From contig OZ246956.1 of the NCBI GenBank assembly GCA_965232105.1, positions 1,666,499-1,730,498 on the forward strand: 64,000 bases of DNA. Reading direction: 5' to 3'. This DNA comes from Thermoanaerobaculia bacterium (GTDB lineage Bacteria > Acidobacteriota > Thermoanaerobaculia > Multivoradales > Multivoraceae). Positions within the stretch are counted from its first letter, which is position 1. Every line of letters starts with the position of its first letter. Under the pieces are notes generated by a model, which did not search any database, was not told the DNA's origin, and worked only from the letters and a program-made list of their open reading frames with translations. A program made the translations under genes and the position numbers. Of the stretch, positions 47,401-56,778 are shown piece by piece.

Positions 47401-49044
47401 CCCCCGCAACGGCGCCACAACCTCCTCGAACCGCGGATCCGCCCGCAGCGCCGCCAGGTCGGCATCGTTCTCGATCCAGCTCAGGTGCGGGTAACCATGC
47501 CTCACTGCCGATTCCAGGTACCGGAGCCCGCTCTTCGCATCACCGCACACGCACGCCACGCACGCCAGGTTGTACAGCGCCACGGCATCCTGGGGATCCA
47601 GGGCCTCCGCCCGCGCGGCCCACTTGAGGGCCTCGTCGGTCCGACCGGCTCGGGCGTGTGCGACCGCGCCCAGGTAGATCGCCCGCTGGTCGTCGGGGTA
47701 GCGCAGCAGGCGCCTTTTCACTCTGGCCATGGCGAGTTCCTGGAGCCGAGTCGCTTCGGTCTTCCGGCCGAGCGTCGAGAGAGCCGAGGCGCAGATGGAG
47801 CAGGGGGCGTAAGCCGTCGGATCGGCCTCGATGGCCCGGAAGAAGAACGTGACCGCCTCCTCCATCTGACCCTGAGCGAAGCGGTGCCGGGCGAAGTTGT
47901 GATTCGCCTCGAAGCTCAGCGGGTCGAGCTCCAGGGCGCGCCGGAAGTGGACTTCGGCCTCCTCCAGCCGGCCGTTCGTGCTGAGGGTCATCGCCCTCGC
48001 CGAGTGCGCCTCCGCGACTTCCGGCGCCAGCTCCAGGGCTCGCGAACTCGACTCGTCGGCGAGCCTCAGGTTCTCCTCGCTCGGCTCGTGGAACAGGTAG
48101 AGGCAGGCGGAGCAGTGGGCGGACGCAGCGTGGGCCAGGGCGTACTCGGAATCGAGCTGGATCGCCTCCGCGAACAGCCGCCGCGCCTCGTAGTAGGTCC
48201 TCTTGCGCGCCTGGTGGTAGAGACTGCGCCCCCGCAGGTAGAGGTCGTAGGCCCTGCTCGACGCCGTGCGCCGCGCCTCGTGCGGGGGCGCGTCCGGCGC
48301 CAGGTGGAGTTCCAGGGTCTCGGCGATCAGAGCCGCCGTCTGGTCCTGCAGCGCGAAGATCTGCTGCGAATGCCGCTGCCACTGCTCGGACCAGACCTGG
48401 AGGCCGGTGCGGGCGTCGGTCACCTCGACGCCGATGCGGAGTTCGTCGCCCTCCTTGCGGACGGTACCCTCCAGCACCAGGTCGGCGCCGATCTGCCGTC
48501 CGACCTCTCGCGGGTCGGCGAGCGCGTCGTACTGGAAGGAAACACCGCGGGCCGTGACCCGCAGGCCGACGACGTGCGCGAGCCGGTGGAGGATCTCCTC
48601 GGCCATCCCTTCGCAGAGGTGCGCCTGATCCCGCTGCGGGCTCCGGTCGGCGAACGGCAGGACGGCGATGGAGAGTCCCCGCTCTTCCTCCGGCGGCCTT
48701 GGCACGGCGCCCGAGGGGTCGCCTTCCGGCGCGGCCAGGTCCTCGATCACCGGGCCGGTGAAGCGGAATCCGCGCCCGTACACGGTGGTGATCCAGTCGG
48801 CGCTGCCGCCGGCGGCGAGGACCTTTCGCGCCTCGCTGACGGCACGGCTGATCGCCGCGTCCGATACGAAGGCGTCTTGCCAGATGTTCCGGAGCAACTC
48901 TTCCTTGGACACCACCCGGTCCCGGTTCGCGACCAGGAAGGTCAGCAGTTCGAACACCTTGGGCTGAAGTTGCCGGGGCTGTCCGGCCACCTCGAGGCCG
49001 TACTGCTCGGGCTTCAGCACGAAGGGACCGAAGTAGTAGATCAC
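47380..49044 (-). CDS. CadC/OmpR-type winged-helix transcriptional regulator fused to TPR repeats (full length)
   Basis: N-terminal trans_reg_C-like wHTH (FGPFVLKPEQYGLEVAGQPRQLQPKVFELLTFLVANRDRVVSKEELLRNIW...GRGFRF). C-terminal TPR-like helical repeats. Divergently oriented to a TonB-dependent receptor gene. Confidence 0.65.
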   Translation of the reverse strand: MIYYFGPFVLKPEQYGLEVAGQPRQLQPKVFELLTFLVANRDRVVSKEELLRNIWQDAFVSDAAISRAVSEARKVLAAGGSADWITTVYGRGFRFTGPVIEDLAAPEGDPSGAVPRPPEEERGLSIAVLPFADRSPQRDQAHLCEGMAEEILHRLAHVVGLRVTARGVSFQYDALADPREVGRQIGADLVLEGTVRKEGDELRIGVEVTDARTGLQVWSEQWQRHSQQIFALQDQTAALIAETLELHLAPDAPPHEARRTASSRAYDLYLRGRSLYHQARKRTYYEARRLFAEAIQLDSEYALAHAASAHCSACLYLFHEPSEENLRLADESSSRALELAPEVAEAHSARAMTLSTNGRLEEAEVHFRRALELDPLSFEANHNFARHRFAQGQMEEAVTFFFRAIEADPTAYAPCSICASALSTLGRKTEATRLQELAMARVKRRLLRYPDDQRAIYLGAVAHARAGRTDEALKWAARAEALDPQDAVALYNLACVACVCGDAKSGLRYLESAVRHGYPHLSWIENDADLAALRADPRFEEVVAPLRGAARQAG

Positions 49045-49256
49045 CGACGGATCCTAGCGAACGGGCTCACGTTCCGGTTGCTTAGCGCTTCGAGTCCGAT
49101 CAACTTCGGCTCCGGGTTGGATCAAGCTATCGGGTACGCCGGCCCATAGCCTTGTCCAAGCCGTTTGAAGTGTGCCCGGTGACCGGGGGTCGGACGACCT
49201 CCGGTGCAGGCAGCTTCGAGATCGCGAAGGCCAGGAACCGGAAGGGAGCGAAGGAC

Positions 49257-52100
49257 ATGTTCAACCAGATGAGAACCCGAGGCGCGCAGGCGGTGGGCTG
49301 GGCCATGATGCTGGCCGTGCTGCTGGTAGCGGCGCCGGCCGCGGGCCAGGGTCCCACCGGCCAGGTGCTCGGCCACGTGACGGACGGCGAGGGGGCTGCC
49401 GTCTCCGGAGCGACGGTCATCCTGCAGTCGCAGGAGATCGAGGAACCGCTCGTCCTCACCACCGACGCCGACGGGTTCTACAACGCGACGAACGTGCGCC
49501 CCGCGACCTACCAGGTCTCGGTGGAGGCCACGGGCTATGCCGGCGCCCCCTCGTCGCTGGCGGTGCGGGTCGGCAGCATTCAGCGCGTGAACTTCGAACT
49601 CGCGGCCACCGAGGAGGTGAGCGAGGAGATCACCGTCGTCTCCGAGCGACCGCAGATCGAGTCGGTCGATTCCCGGGTGAACAAGTACATCTCCTTCGAG
49701 GAGATCCAGAGCCTGCCGCTCCCGAACCGGAGCTTCCTGGACGTGCTGAAGATCCTTCCCGGGGTCCACGGGGGGCTTGCGGTCGGCGGGCTCGAAAACA
49801 GCGGTCCCAACAACAGCTTCAGCATTCACGGGGCGCGCATGAACCAGAACCAGTTCCTGATCGACGGCGTGGCCAACAACGACCTGAGCGACCTGAACTA
49901 CGACGACCTGGCCACGTCCGAGACCCGCGCCGGTCCCCGGGGTTCCGCCGGCGCCGGCCAGCGGGGGTCGACCTTCTCGACGGGAACGGCGCTGCAGACC
50001 TACAACCTGGACGCCATCCAGGAGGTCCAGGTGTCGACCTCGACGTTCTCGGCCGAGTACGGCAACGCGTCCGGAGGTGTGATCAACATCATCACCCGCT
50101 CCGGCGCCGACCGGTACAACGCCTCGGCGACGGTTCAGCAACAGCACGACGGCGTGGTGGAACCGGGGTTCGTCGGGACAACGGCGGACGACGCGGAACA
50201 GTTGGAGGGCCAGGACTTCACAATCAGGCAGGGCTCGCTGACCCTGGGGGGCCCCGTCAACCGGGGCACGACGCACTTCTTCGCCAGCTACGAGCACGAC
50301 GACCAGGAAATGGGTTATGACTACAACCAGAGTCATGTCTTCACGCGCGCCGTGCCGGTCGAGTTGGGGCTGACCGCCAACGTCACCAACCGCGACCGCC
50401 TGACCGGCAAGCTGACCCACCAGTTCTCGGATTCGAACGACCTGACGGTGTCGGGGAACTGGGTCAGCGAGCAGGCCGCCGTCGGGCACTCGCTCTTCCG
50501 CTCCCGCCAGCAAGACATAGAGCATCAGGATCATGCCAATGACTCCCTGGGCCTGTCCGTGCGCCATGTCGCTGCCGTGGGATCGGACATGACGCTTGAA
50601 TCGGTGCTGGGGCAGATTCAGGCCGACCGGAGCATGGAAAGCTCCGCGGATCCGCATCGGAGATTGCGACTTTACCGGCGAGATGGCGAGGTCATTTTTC
50701 ACCTTGAGGGCGGCATCGGCCCCGAAGTCGACAACACGCTTGAGAGCTTCCAGTGGAAGGAACGCCTGTCCTGGCTCCGTGGGGATCATTCCTTGCGCGC
50801 CGGCGTCGGCGTGGAGCGCTTCGGTCAGCGAACCGAGCAGCCGTCGTGGATCAACTGGAGCTATGGGTTTGTCGACGACTTCTCCGTCCCTCCGGCCAGT
50901 GGCGTGTACCAATTCGCGACCGACATCGACGTCTCGGTCACGAACAGCCATCTCTTCATCCAGGACGACTGGTTCGTGAACGACCGCTGGACGTTCAATC
51001 TGGGCGGGCGCTACGACCGCAACAACCTGGTCGACGACCAGACCGTCGAGGCGCGGCTGGGCGCTGCCGTCGATGTCGGGAGGAACGGCCGTTCCGTCCT
51101 CCGCTTCGGCGCCGGGCTGTATCACGATCGGACGAACCTGATCGGCCATACGGGGGCTGACCGGCCGCCGCTACTCTTCAGCGTGCCGATCGATCCCGTG
51201 ACTCTCGAAATGGACCCGACGAGGGCTGGCTCGCAACCACGCGAGGTTGTCGTCGACCCGAACCTCCATCTGCCCGAGATCGTCAAGTGGAACGTGGGCT
51301 ACGAGCGCCAGCTCGGTGAGCGAAACACGTTGAGCGTCCACGTCTTCGGCTCCGACAGCGATGGCCTCTTCTTTACGGACTTCCAGAACAGGGAGTCGTT
51401 CGAGCACGACGGAGCGCGGCCCGATCCCACCAGGGGGCAGATCCTCTTCTACACCAACACGGGCTACAGCGAGGTCCTCGATGTCGAGGTCGAGTTCAAG
51501 CGCCGCTTTGCCAACGGCTCCCTGGTGCATGTGAGCTACACGAATCAAGACGCCTTCGGCAGTTCGTACTTCGACTTGATCTCGGGCAACTCCACCCTCA
51601 ATCGGGTAGCTCGTTTGGAGACGGACAACCCGCCCGATCAGTTTGTGGGGCCGCTCAACACCGAGGTGGAGCACAGCTACAAGCTCTCGGCGATAGGGAA
51701 CTTGCCCTGGGGACTCCAACTGTCGGGATTCCTGGACTACCGGTCCGGCACTCCCTACACTGTCCGGGACGGAACGTTCAGGCAGTCACCTGGAGGCTTC
51801 AGAGTCTGGCCCTCGGTCCTCTTCGAAGGCTTCAACAGCAGGAACGCGCCGGACTACTTCACGGCCGACGTGAGTTTGGCCAAGACGTTTACCGTCAGAG
51901 AACGGCACGACCTTCGCGTCTTCCTCGATGTCTTCAACGCCACCGACAGGACGAACGCGATCGAGATGGACGGTCTGCGCAGCTACAACAACAGCGGCCC
52001 TCTCGGCGGGCCCGGCACGATAACTCGCGATGACTTTCCACGAATCCGGACGCGCGGAGACCAGCGTTCGGCGCAGTTCGGGATCCGGTGGTCGATGTAG
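49257..52100 (+). CDS. TonB-dependent outer-membrane receptor with an N-terminal carboxypeptidase-regulatory-like domain
   Basis: Signal peptide from the ATG at 49257. GHVTDGEGAAVSGATVIL...ATYQVSV (CarboxypepD_reg-like). Plug domain (ISFEEIQSLPLPNRSFLDVLKILPGV). Long beta-barrel region rich in alternating aromatic/Gly residues. Confidence 0.7.
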   Translation: MFNQMRTRGAQAVGWAMMLAVLLVAAPAAGQGPTGQVLGHVTDGEGAAVSGATVILQSQEIEEPLVLTTDADGFYNATNVRPATYQVSVEATGYAGAPSSLAVRVGSIQRVNFELAATEEVSEEITVVSERPQIESVDSRVNKYISFEEIQSLPLPNRSFLDVLKILPGVHGGLAVGGLENSGPNNSFSIHGARMNQNQFLIDGVANNDLSDLNYDDLATSETRAGPRGSAGAGQRGSTFSTGTALQTYNLDAIQEVQVSTSTFSAEYGNASGGVINIITRSGADRYNASATVQQQHDGVVEPGFVGTTADDAEQLEGQDFTIRQGSLTLGGPVNRGTTHFFASYEHDDQEMGYDYNQSHVFTRAVPVELGLTANVTNRDRLTGKLTHQFSDSNDLTVSGNWVSEQAAVGHSLFRSRQQDIEHQDHANDSLGLSVRHVAAVGSDMTLESVLGQIQADRSMESSADPHRRLRLYRRDGEVIFHLEGGIGPEVDNTLESFQWKERLSWLRGDHSLRAGVGVERFGQRTEQPSWINWSYGFVDDFSVPPASGVYQFATDIDVSVTNSHLFIQDDWFVNDRWTFNLGGRYDRNNLVDDQTVEARLGAAVDVGRNGRSVLRFGAGLYHDRTNLIGHTGADRPPLLFSVPIDPVTLEMDPTRAGSQPREVVVDPNLHLPEIVKWNVGYERQLGERNTLSVHVFGSDSDGLFFTDFQNRESFEHDGARPDPTRGQILFYTNTGYSEVLDVEVEFKRRFANGSLVHVSYTNQDAFGSSYFDLISGNSTLNRVARLETDNPPDQFVGPLNTEVEHSYKLSAIGNLPWGLQLSGFLDYRSGTPYTVRDGTFRQSPGGFRVWPSVLFEGFNSRNAPDYFTADVSLAKTFTVRERHDLRVFLDVFNATDRTNAIEMDGLRSYNNSGPLGGPGTITRDDFPRIRTRGDQRSAQFGIRWSM

Positions 52101-52642
52101 GGGGGCTGGTGAACTCGGGGTCGTCCGCGGGCCGGCTCGGTCCGCTGCTGGATTACCTGGGCTCGCTTGACGGCCGCGCCGACCTGGAGCTCCTAAGCGG
52201 TCTGCTGGGCGACGTCGCGGTGACGCGCGCCGATCTCGGCGCCGCCTGCCGCTTCGGCGAGGACAAGTACCAGCGCAACCGGATCGCCGAGTCGGACTGG
52301 TACGAGCTGGTCTGCCTGTGCTGGTCCAGCGGCCAGCGGACCCCGATCCACGACCACCGGGGTTCGAGCTGCGCCTTCCGTGTCGTCGAAGGCGTGGCGA
52401 CCGAGACCGAGTTCGAGCCGACGGCATCCGGTCTCATCTGCCCCTGCGGCCGCCGTGAGCACGGGGCCGGCCGCGTCTGCGCGTCGGAGGAGGACGACTG
52501 CCACCAGGTCGCGAACACGCAGCCGTCCGGCCAGGACCTGATCACGCTCCACATCTACTCGCCGCCGCTCCGGCAGTTCAACGTCTACTCGCTGGACACA
52601 CCGACCGCGTCCGATCAGCGACGGCGCGGCTGCTGCCGGTAG
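52088..52642 (+). CDS. Cysteine dioxygenase type I-like cupin thiol dioxygenase
   Basis: Cupin 3-His/metal motif region QRTPIHDHRGSSCAFRVVEGV and HIYSPPL, typical of bacterial CDO/3-mercaptopropionate dioxygenase homologs. 184 aa. Confidence 0.6.
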   Translation: MVDVGGLVNSGSSAGRLGPLLDYLGSLDGRADLELLSGLLGDVAVTRADLGAACRFGEDKYQRNRIAESDWYELVCLCWSSGQRTPIHDHRGSSCAFRVVEGVATETEFEPTASGLICPCGRREHGAGRVCASEEDDCHQVANTQPSGQDLITLHIYSPPLRQFNVYSLDTPTASDQRRRGCCR

Positions 52643-52691
52643 GGTTGGAGGCTCCAGCCTGCCGTCGCAAACCCCGAAGGGAAACACCGAC

Positions 52692-53078
52692 ATGCGATTG
52701 ACACAGTGGTTCGGACTGGCCGCGATAGCTGCGAGCACGCTGACGCTCGGCTGCGCCGAACCGGCGCCGCAACTGCGCGTCGTCTACGCCGGCGACGCCG
52801 GCACGCCGCACGCGGACGGCTACCACGCACTGCTCGCGGAGCACTTCGACGTGCGGAGCATCGCGCGCAACGACCTGGCGAAGGCCGACCTCAGCGACGC
52901 CGACGTCCTGATCGTCGACGGCCAGACGATCGACCGGTCGGAAGAACGGACCCGTGTGGTGCCGGGCGCTGAAGGTGTCGATCTGGAGACCCTCTCCATG
53001 CCCACCGTCCTGATCGGCGGCCAGGGGGCCCAGATCTCGGACGACCTGAACCTGTTGCTGGGTTGGCGATACGGGTGA
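52692..53078 (+). CDS. Hypothetical lipoprotein (128 aa)
   Basis: Lipobox LTLGC. The next ORF starts 7 bp after its stop, so the two may be one gene interrupted by a stop or sequencing difference. Confidence 0.4.
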   Translation: MRLTQWFGLAAIAASTLTLGCAEPAPQLRVVYAGDAGTPHADGYHALLAEHFDVRSIARNDLAKADLSDADVLIVDGQTIDRSEERTRVVPGAEGVDLETLSMPTVLIGGQGAQISDDLNLLLGWRYG

Positions 53079-53084
53079 CTGTGT

Positions 53085-54497
53085 TTGTTCTCCAGGGCTG
53101 TCGTGCCGCAGTCCACGTCCGATCCGACTTCTGGCCATCCGATCTTCCACGGACCTCTAAAGGTCGAGCTGGAGCTCGAGGAGGTGCCGACCCCACCCAA
53201 GTACAAGTACTACGAACTGACGGACGACGTCCCGGACACGATGACCACGGTCAAGATCCTCAAGAAGGAGTGGGACACCCTGAACCTCCCCGTCGGCGGG
53301 CGGCCGGACAATGGCGAGCCGGGCGTGGTGACGACCGGCGACGGTTTCCTCGATTCGCCCGACACCGAGTGGATCGCCGGCGGCACGCACCTGAAGGGTC
53401 CGGACTACTTCGCCATCGGCCGCCAGGGGCGGCTGCTGCAGTGGGGGTTCTACGGCACGGTGGACGAGATGACCGAGACCGGCCAGCGGCTGTTGATCAA
53501 TGCCGTCCACTACATCCACGGCTTCAGGGATCATCCGATCCTGGCGACTCGCGAGGCCAGTCCCCGCGAGGCGCTGGCGACCAGCCTCGCCCTCCTCGAC
53601 AACTACGCGACCGAGGAGATGAAGGAGTACTACGACACGCCGGAGAAGGTGAAGGAAGCCCAGGAACGGGTTCTTGAGCGCAGTTTCGGCGAAACGGTCC
53701 CGCCGGAAGCGAGCGGCTCCCGGGAGGAGCGGCAGGCCTGGTACGAGGAGAACGAGCCGTATCTCCACTGGGACGGCGGGCGGATCGGCAGCGAGTACGA
53801 CGGAAAGGCGTACTTCCGGCTGGAGGGGAAGTACCGGATCGACGAAGACGCCAGGGCGCTCGGGATCGCGAACAACGAGCCGGCCCTGCTCGAACGCGCG
53901 GTCGCCGACCTGCGTGAAGGGGTCGAGCCCGAGCGGGCCGAGCGGTTGCTGGCCCGTTACGCCGGCGTGAGCCATGACTCCGCGGACGACTGGCAGGGCT
54001 GGCTCGACGAGAACGGGGCCTCGCTCTTCGCCTCCGACTGGGCCGGCTACCGATTCCGGGCCGCCCAGGGCCCCGGAGGGTCGGACCTGCTCAGTTCTTC
54101 CCGGTTCGCGGCGGACGGCGACGAACTGGACGATCTCTCCGTCACCGTGAGTCCCGCGGTCGAGGTGACGATGTCGACGACGACCGACGGCGAGACGACC
54201 CTGGCCGTCCTCGACTTCAAGCTCGAACCCGGCTTCTGGATCTACGCTCCCGGTTCCGACGCGGAGTTCAAGTTCGGCGTCCGTGCCCCATCCGGTTTCG
54301 CCTACCAGGTCGCCAGCGACCCCGTGCTGCCCGAAGCGGACGGCGAGGGCCGGATCCACGGCGACTTCCGCGTCGAGGTGCCGCTAGAGGGTGCGGGCGA
54401 CGTGGCGACGGTCCTGGTCGACTACCAAGCCTGCGACGAGACGCTCTGCCACTACCCGGTGACCGATGCCCGGCTGATGAGCAAGGTCGAGACCTGA
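53085..54497 (+). CDS. Hypothetical protein with a C-terminal DsbD-N-terminal-domain-like (disulfide reductase DsbD_N-like) module
   Basis: The C-terminus ...VLVDYQACDETLCHYPV... resembles the DsbD_N signature (YQxCxDxxCxPP). The rest is unassigned. 470 aa. Confidence 0.45.
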   Translation: MFSRAVVPQSTSDPTSGHPIFHGPLKVELELEEVPTPPKYKYYELTDDVPDTMTTVKILKKEWDTLNLPVGGRPDNGEPGVVTTGDGFLDSPDTEWIAGGTHLKGPDYFAIGRQGRLLQWGFYGTVDEMTETGQRLLINAVHYIHGFRDHPILATREASPREALATSLALLDNYATEEMKEYYDTPEKVKEAQERVLERSFGETVPPEASGSREERQAWYEENEPYLHWDGGRIGSEYDGKAYFRLEGKYRIDEDARALGIANNEPALLERAVADLREGVEPERAERLLARYAGVSHDSADDWQGWLDENGASLFASDWAGYRFRAAQGPGGSDLLSSSRFAADGDELDDLSVTVSPAVEVTMSTTTDGETTLAVLDFKLEPGFWIYAPGSDAEFKFGVRAPSGFAYQVASDPVLPEADGEGRIHGDFRVEVPLEGAGDVATVLVDYQACDETLCHYPVTDARLMSKVET

Positions 54498-54583
54498 GCC
54501 GTTCCTAGGTCTGCTGCGCCAGTCCCGGATGGGACCTTGGCGTCACCGCATCCGGCCGGCCACATAGAGTCGGGCGGCCTGCA

Positions 54584-55831
54584 ATGATCACGAGACGCGG
54601 CTTCATCTCCAGCGCGGGGATCGCGGCGGCCGGCATGACCACCGGCCTGACCGCGGCGCGCCAGGCGGCGGCCGCTTTGGCTCAACACTCCGAGGGGTCG
54701 AAGATGAAGATCACCGAACTTGAGACGATCCTGATCGACAACATCGACCCGCCGATCGGACACCGGAAGTGGCTGTTCATCCAGCTCAGGACGGACGAGG
54801 GGCTGGTCGGCCTCGGCGAGCGGGTCTCCGGCGGCGCAACGAACCTCAAGCCGCAGATCGAGCTGCTGAACGACCTGTTCGATCGCTTCGTGGTCGGCCA
54901 GAGCCCCTTCGACGTCGAGAAGATCTGGCAACGGATGAAGACGACTCTCCACGACTACAGCCACCCCGGGCTGTACGGTGTGCCGGCGTTCTCGGCGATC
55001 GAGATGGCGTGCTGGGACCTGATCGGCAAGGCGACGAACCAGCCGGTCTACAACCTGCTCGGGGGCAGGTACCACGACAAGCTCCGTGCCTACGCGTACC
55101 TGAACAGCTCCGGGATCTGGGAGAACCCGTCCCTCGCCGGCGAGCGGGCGCAGGAACTGGTCGACCGCGGGATCACCTGCTGCAAGCTCGACCCGTTCTC
55201 GCCGATCACCGGTCCGCCGCGGGACTACTCGCTGAAGACGATCCGCCACGTGGCGACGATCTTCCGGGCCATGCGGGACGCGGTCGGCGACGAGCTGGAG
55301 ATCGGCATCGGCACCCACGGCCAGTTCTCGACCGCCGTGGCGATTCGGGTCGCGGACATCCTCGAGGAGTTCGACCCGTTCTTCTTCGAGGAGCCGGTGC
55401 CGCCCGAGAACGTCGACGAGATGGCTCGCGTCGCGGCGCACACGAGCATTCCCATCGCGACCGGCGAGCGGTTGGTCAACATGTTCGAGTTCGCGGAGGT
55501 GCTGGAGAAACAGGCTGCCCAGATCATCCAGCTCGACGTCGGCCAGTGCGGCGGCCTCCTGGTGGCGAAGAAGATCGCCGGCATGGCCGAGACGCGCTAC
55601 GCGATGATCGCGCCGCACATGTACTGCGGCCCGGTCGCGGCGTCGGCGGCGGTGCAGCTCGATACCTGCTCGCCGAACTTCCTGATCCAGGAGTTCAACA
55701 CGAACGCTCTGCACAGCGACATCTTCGTGAAGCCGGTCAAGTTCGAGAACGGGTTCATCGAACCGCCGACGGGGCCCGGTCTGGGCGTCGAGCTCGACAT
55801 GGCGGTCGTCGAGAGGCATCGAGCCGCTTGA
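54584..55831 (+). CDS. Mandelate racemase/muconate-lactonizing enzyme family protein (enolase superfamily) with a Tat signal peptide (predicted periplasmic)
   Basis: RRGFISSAGIAAAGMTTGLTAARQAAAA twin-arginine leader. MR/MLE capping and barrel domains (KITELETILIDN..., metal-ligand D/E/D pattern, LDVGQCGG). Confidence 0.7.
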   Translation: MITRRGFISSAGIAAAGMTTGLTAARQAAAALAQHSEGSKMKITELETILIDNIDPPIGHRKWLFIQLRTDEGLVGLGERVSGGATNLKPQIELLNDLFDRFVVGQSPFDVEKIWQRMKTTLHDYSHPGLYGVPAFSAIEMACWDLIGKATNQPVYNLLGGRYHDKLRAYAYLNSSGIWENPSLAGERAQELVDRGITCCKLDPFSPITGPPRDYSLKTIRHVATIFRAMRDAVGDELEIGIGTHGQFSTAVAIRVADILEEFDPFFFEEPVPPENVDEMARVAAHTSIPIATGERLVNMFEFAEVLEKQAAQIIQLDVGQCGGLLVAKKIAGMAETRYAMIAPHMYCGPVAASAAVQLDTCSPNFLIQEFNTNALHSDIFVKPVKFENGFIEPPTGPGLGVELDMAVVERHRAA

Positions 55832-56778
55832 CCCAGGAACTCACGCTGGCGATCCTCGCCGCCGGCCGCTCGGCGAGATTCGGGCGCCCGAAGACGCTCG
55901 AACCGGTTGGTCCGAGCGGCGAGGCGCTCTTCGAGTACGCGATCTGCGACGCGATCCGCACCGGCTGCGAGAAGGTCGTGTTCGTGACGTCGGCGGACCG
56001 GACGGAGCAGATCATGAGCCGGGCCGCGGAGCATGCCGGTCGGGCCGTGCCTGTCGACTTCGTGGCCCAGGATTTGGACGACTTGCCCGACGGTGCGGCG
56101 GCGCCAGTGGGGAGGGCCAAACCGTGGGGCACCGGCCATGCCGTGTTCGCGCTGCGGCAGAAGATCGAGGGACCGTTCCTGGTCGTCAACGCGGACGACT
56201 TCTACGGTCCGAGGGCGATCGAGTCGTTCGGCCGGCGAGCCGCCGACGGGCTGGAGGCGGGCGACGATTCGCACTTCCTCGGTGCCTATGAACTCCATCG
56301 CACCGGCGTTTCCCGTACCAGCGGCGTCAACCGCGGCATCCTCACGGCCGGCTCCGGCTCGACCCTGGAGGGGATCGACGAGGTCTACGACGTACGGGAG
56401 ACGGATGCGGGCCTCGTCGGCCGTGATGGCGGGGGAGACGTTCGGAACCTGGCGCGCGAAACCCTGTGCTCGATGAACCTCTGGGCCTTCCAGCCCTCGA
56501 TCTTCGGGCTCCTCGAAGCCGCGTTTACCGACTTCCACGCGAGCCTCGACGATCCGCTGACGAGTGAGTTCCTGCTCAGCGAGACGGTCGGTCACCTGAT
56601 CGGCCAGGGATCAGCCCGGGTTCGACTCCTGCCAATGACCCAGAGCACCGCCGGGCTGACCTACCCCGGCGACCTGCCCCCGGTCGCTTCCACCCTGCAG
56701 CAGTGCGTCGAAACCGGCGACTACCCGGATGGCCTGGCCGAGTGGTTCGCGGGCCGCGCATCCCGGAGACCTGCTTGA
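55828..56778 (+). CDS. Sugar-phosphate nucleotidyltransferase-family protein (NTP_transferase fold)
   Basis: TTG start overlapping the upstream stop. LAILAAGRSARFGRPK (the G-x-G-x-R nucleotide-binding signature of NTP transferases). A later VVNADDFYG-type motif. Confidence 0.6.
   Translation: MTQELTLAILAAGRSARFGRPKTLEPVGPSGEALFEYAICDAIRTGCEKVVFVTSADRTEQIMSRAAEHAGRAVPVDFVAQDLDDLPDGAAAPVGRAKPWGTGHAVFALRQKIEGPFLVVNADDFYGPRAIESFGRRAADGLEAGDDSHFLGAYELHRTGVSRTSGVNRGILTAGSGSTLEGIDEVYDVRETDAGLVGRDGGGDVRNLARETLCSMNLWAFQPSIFGLLEAAFTDFHASLDDPLTSEFLLSETVGHLIGQGSARVRLLPMTQSTAGLTYPGDLPPVASTLQQCVETGDYPDGLAEWFAGRASRRPA

Noticed and set aside
54769-55827. N-terminal 353 codons of the 669-aa ORF 54769-56778
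   Set aside because: This part is an alternative-frame read-through of the well-supported MR/MLE gene. Only the segment from the TTG at 55828 (LAILAAGRSARFG...) has a recognisable NTP-transferase fold.
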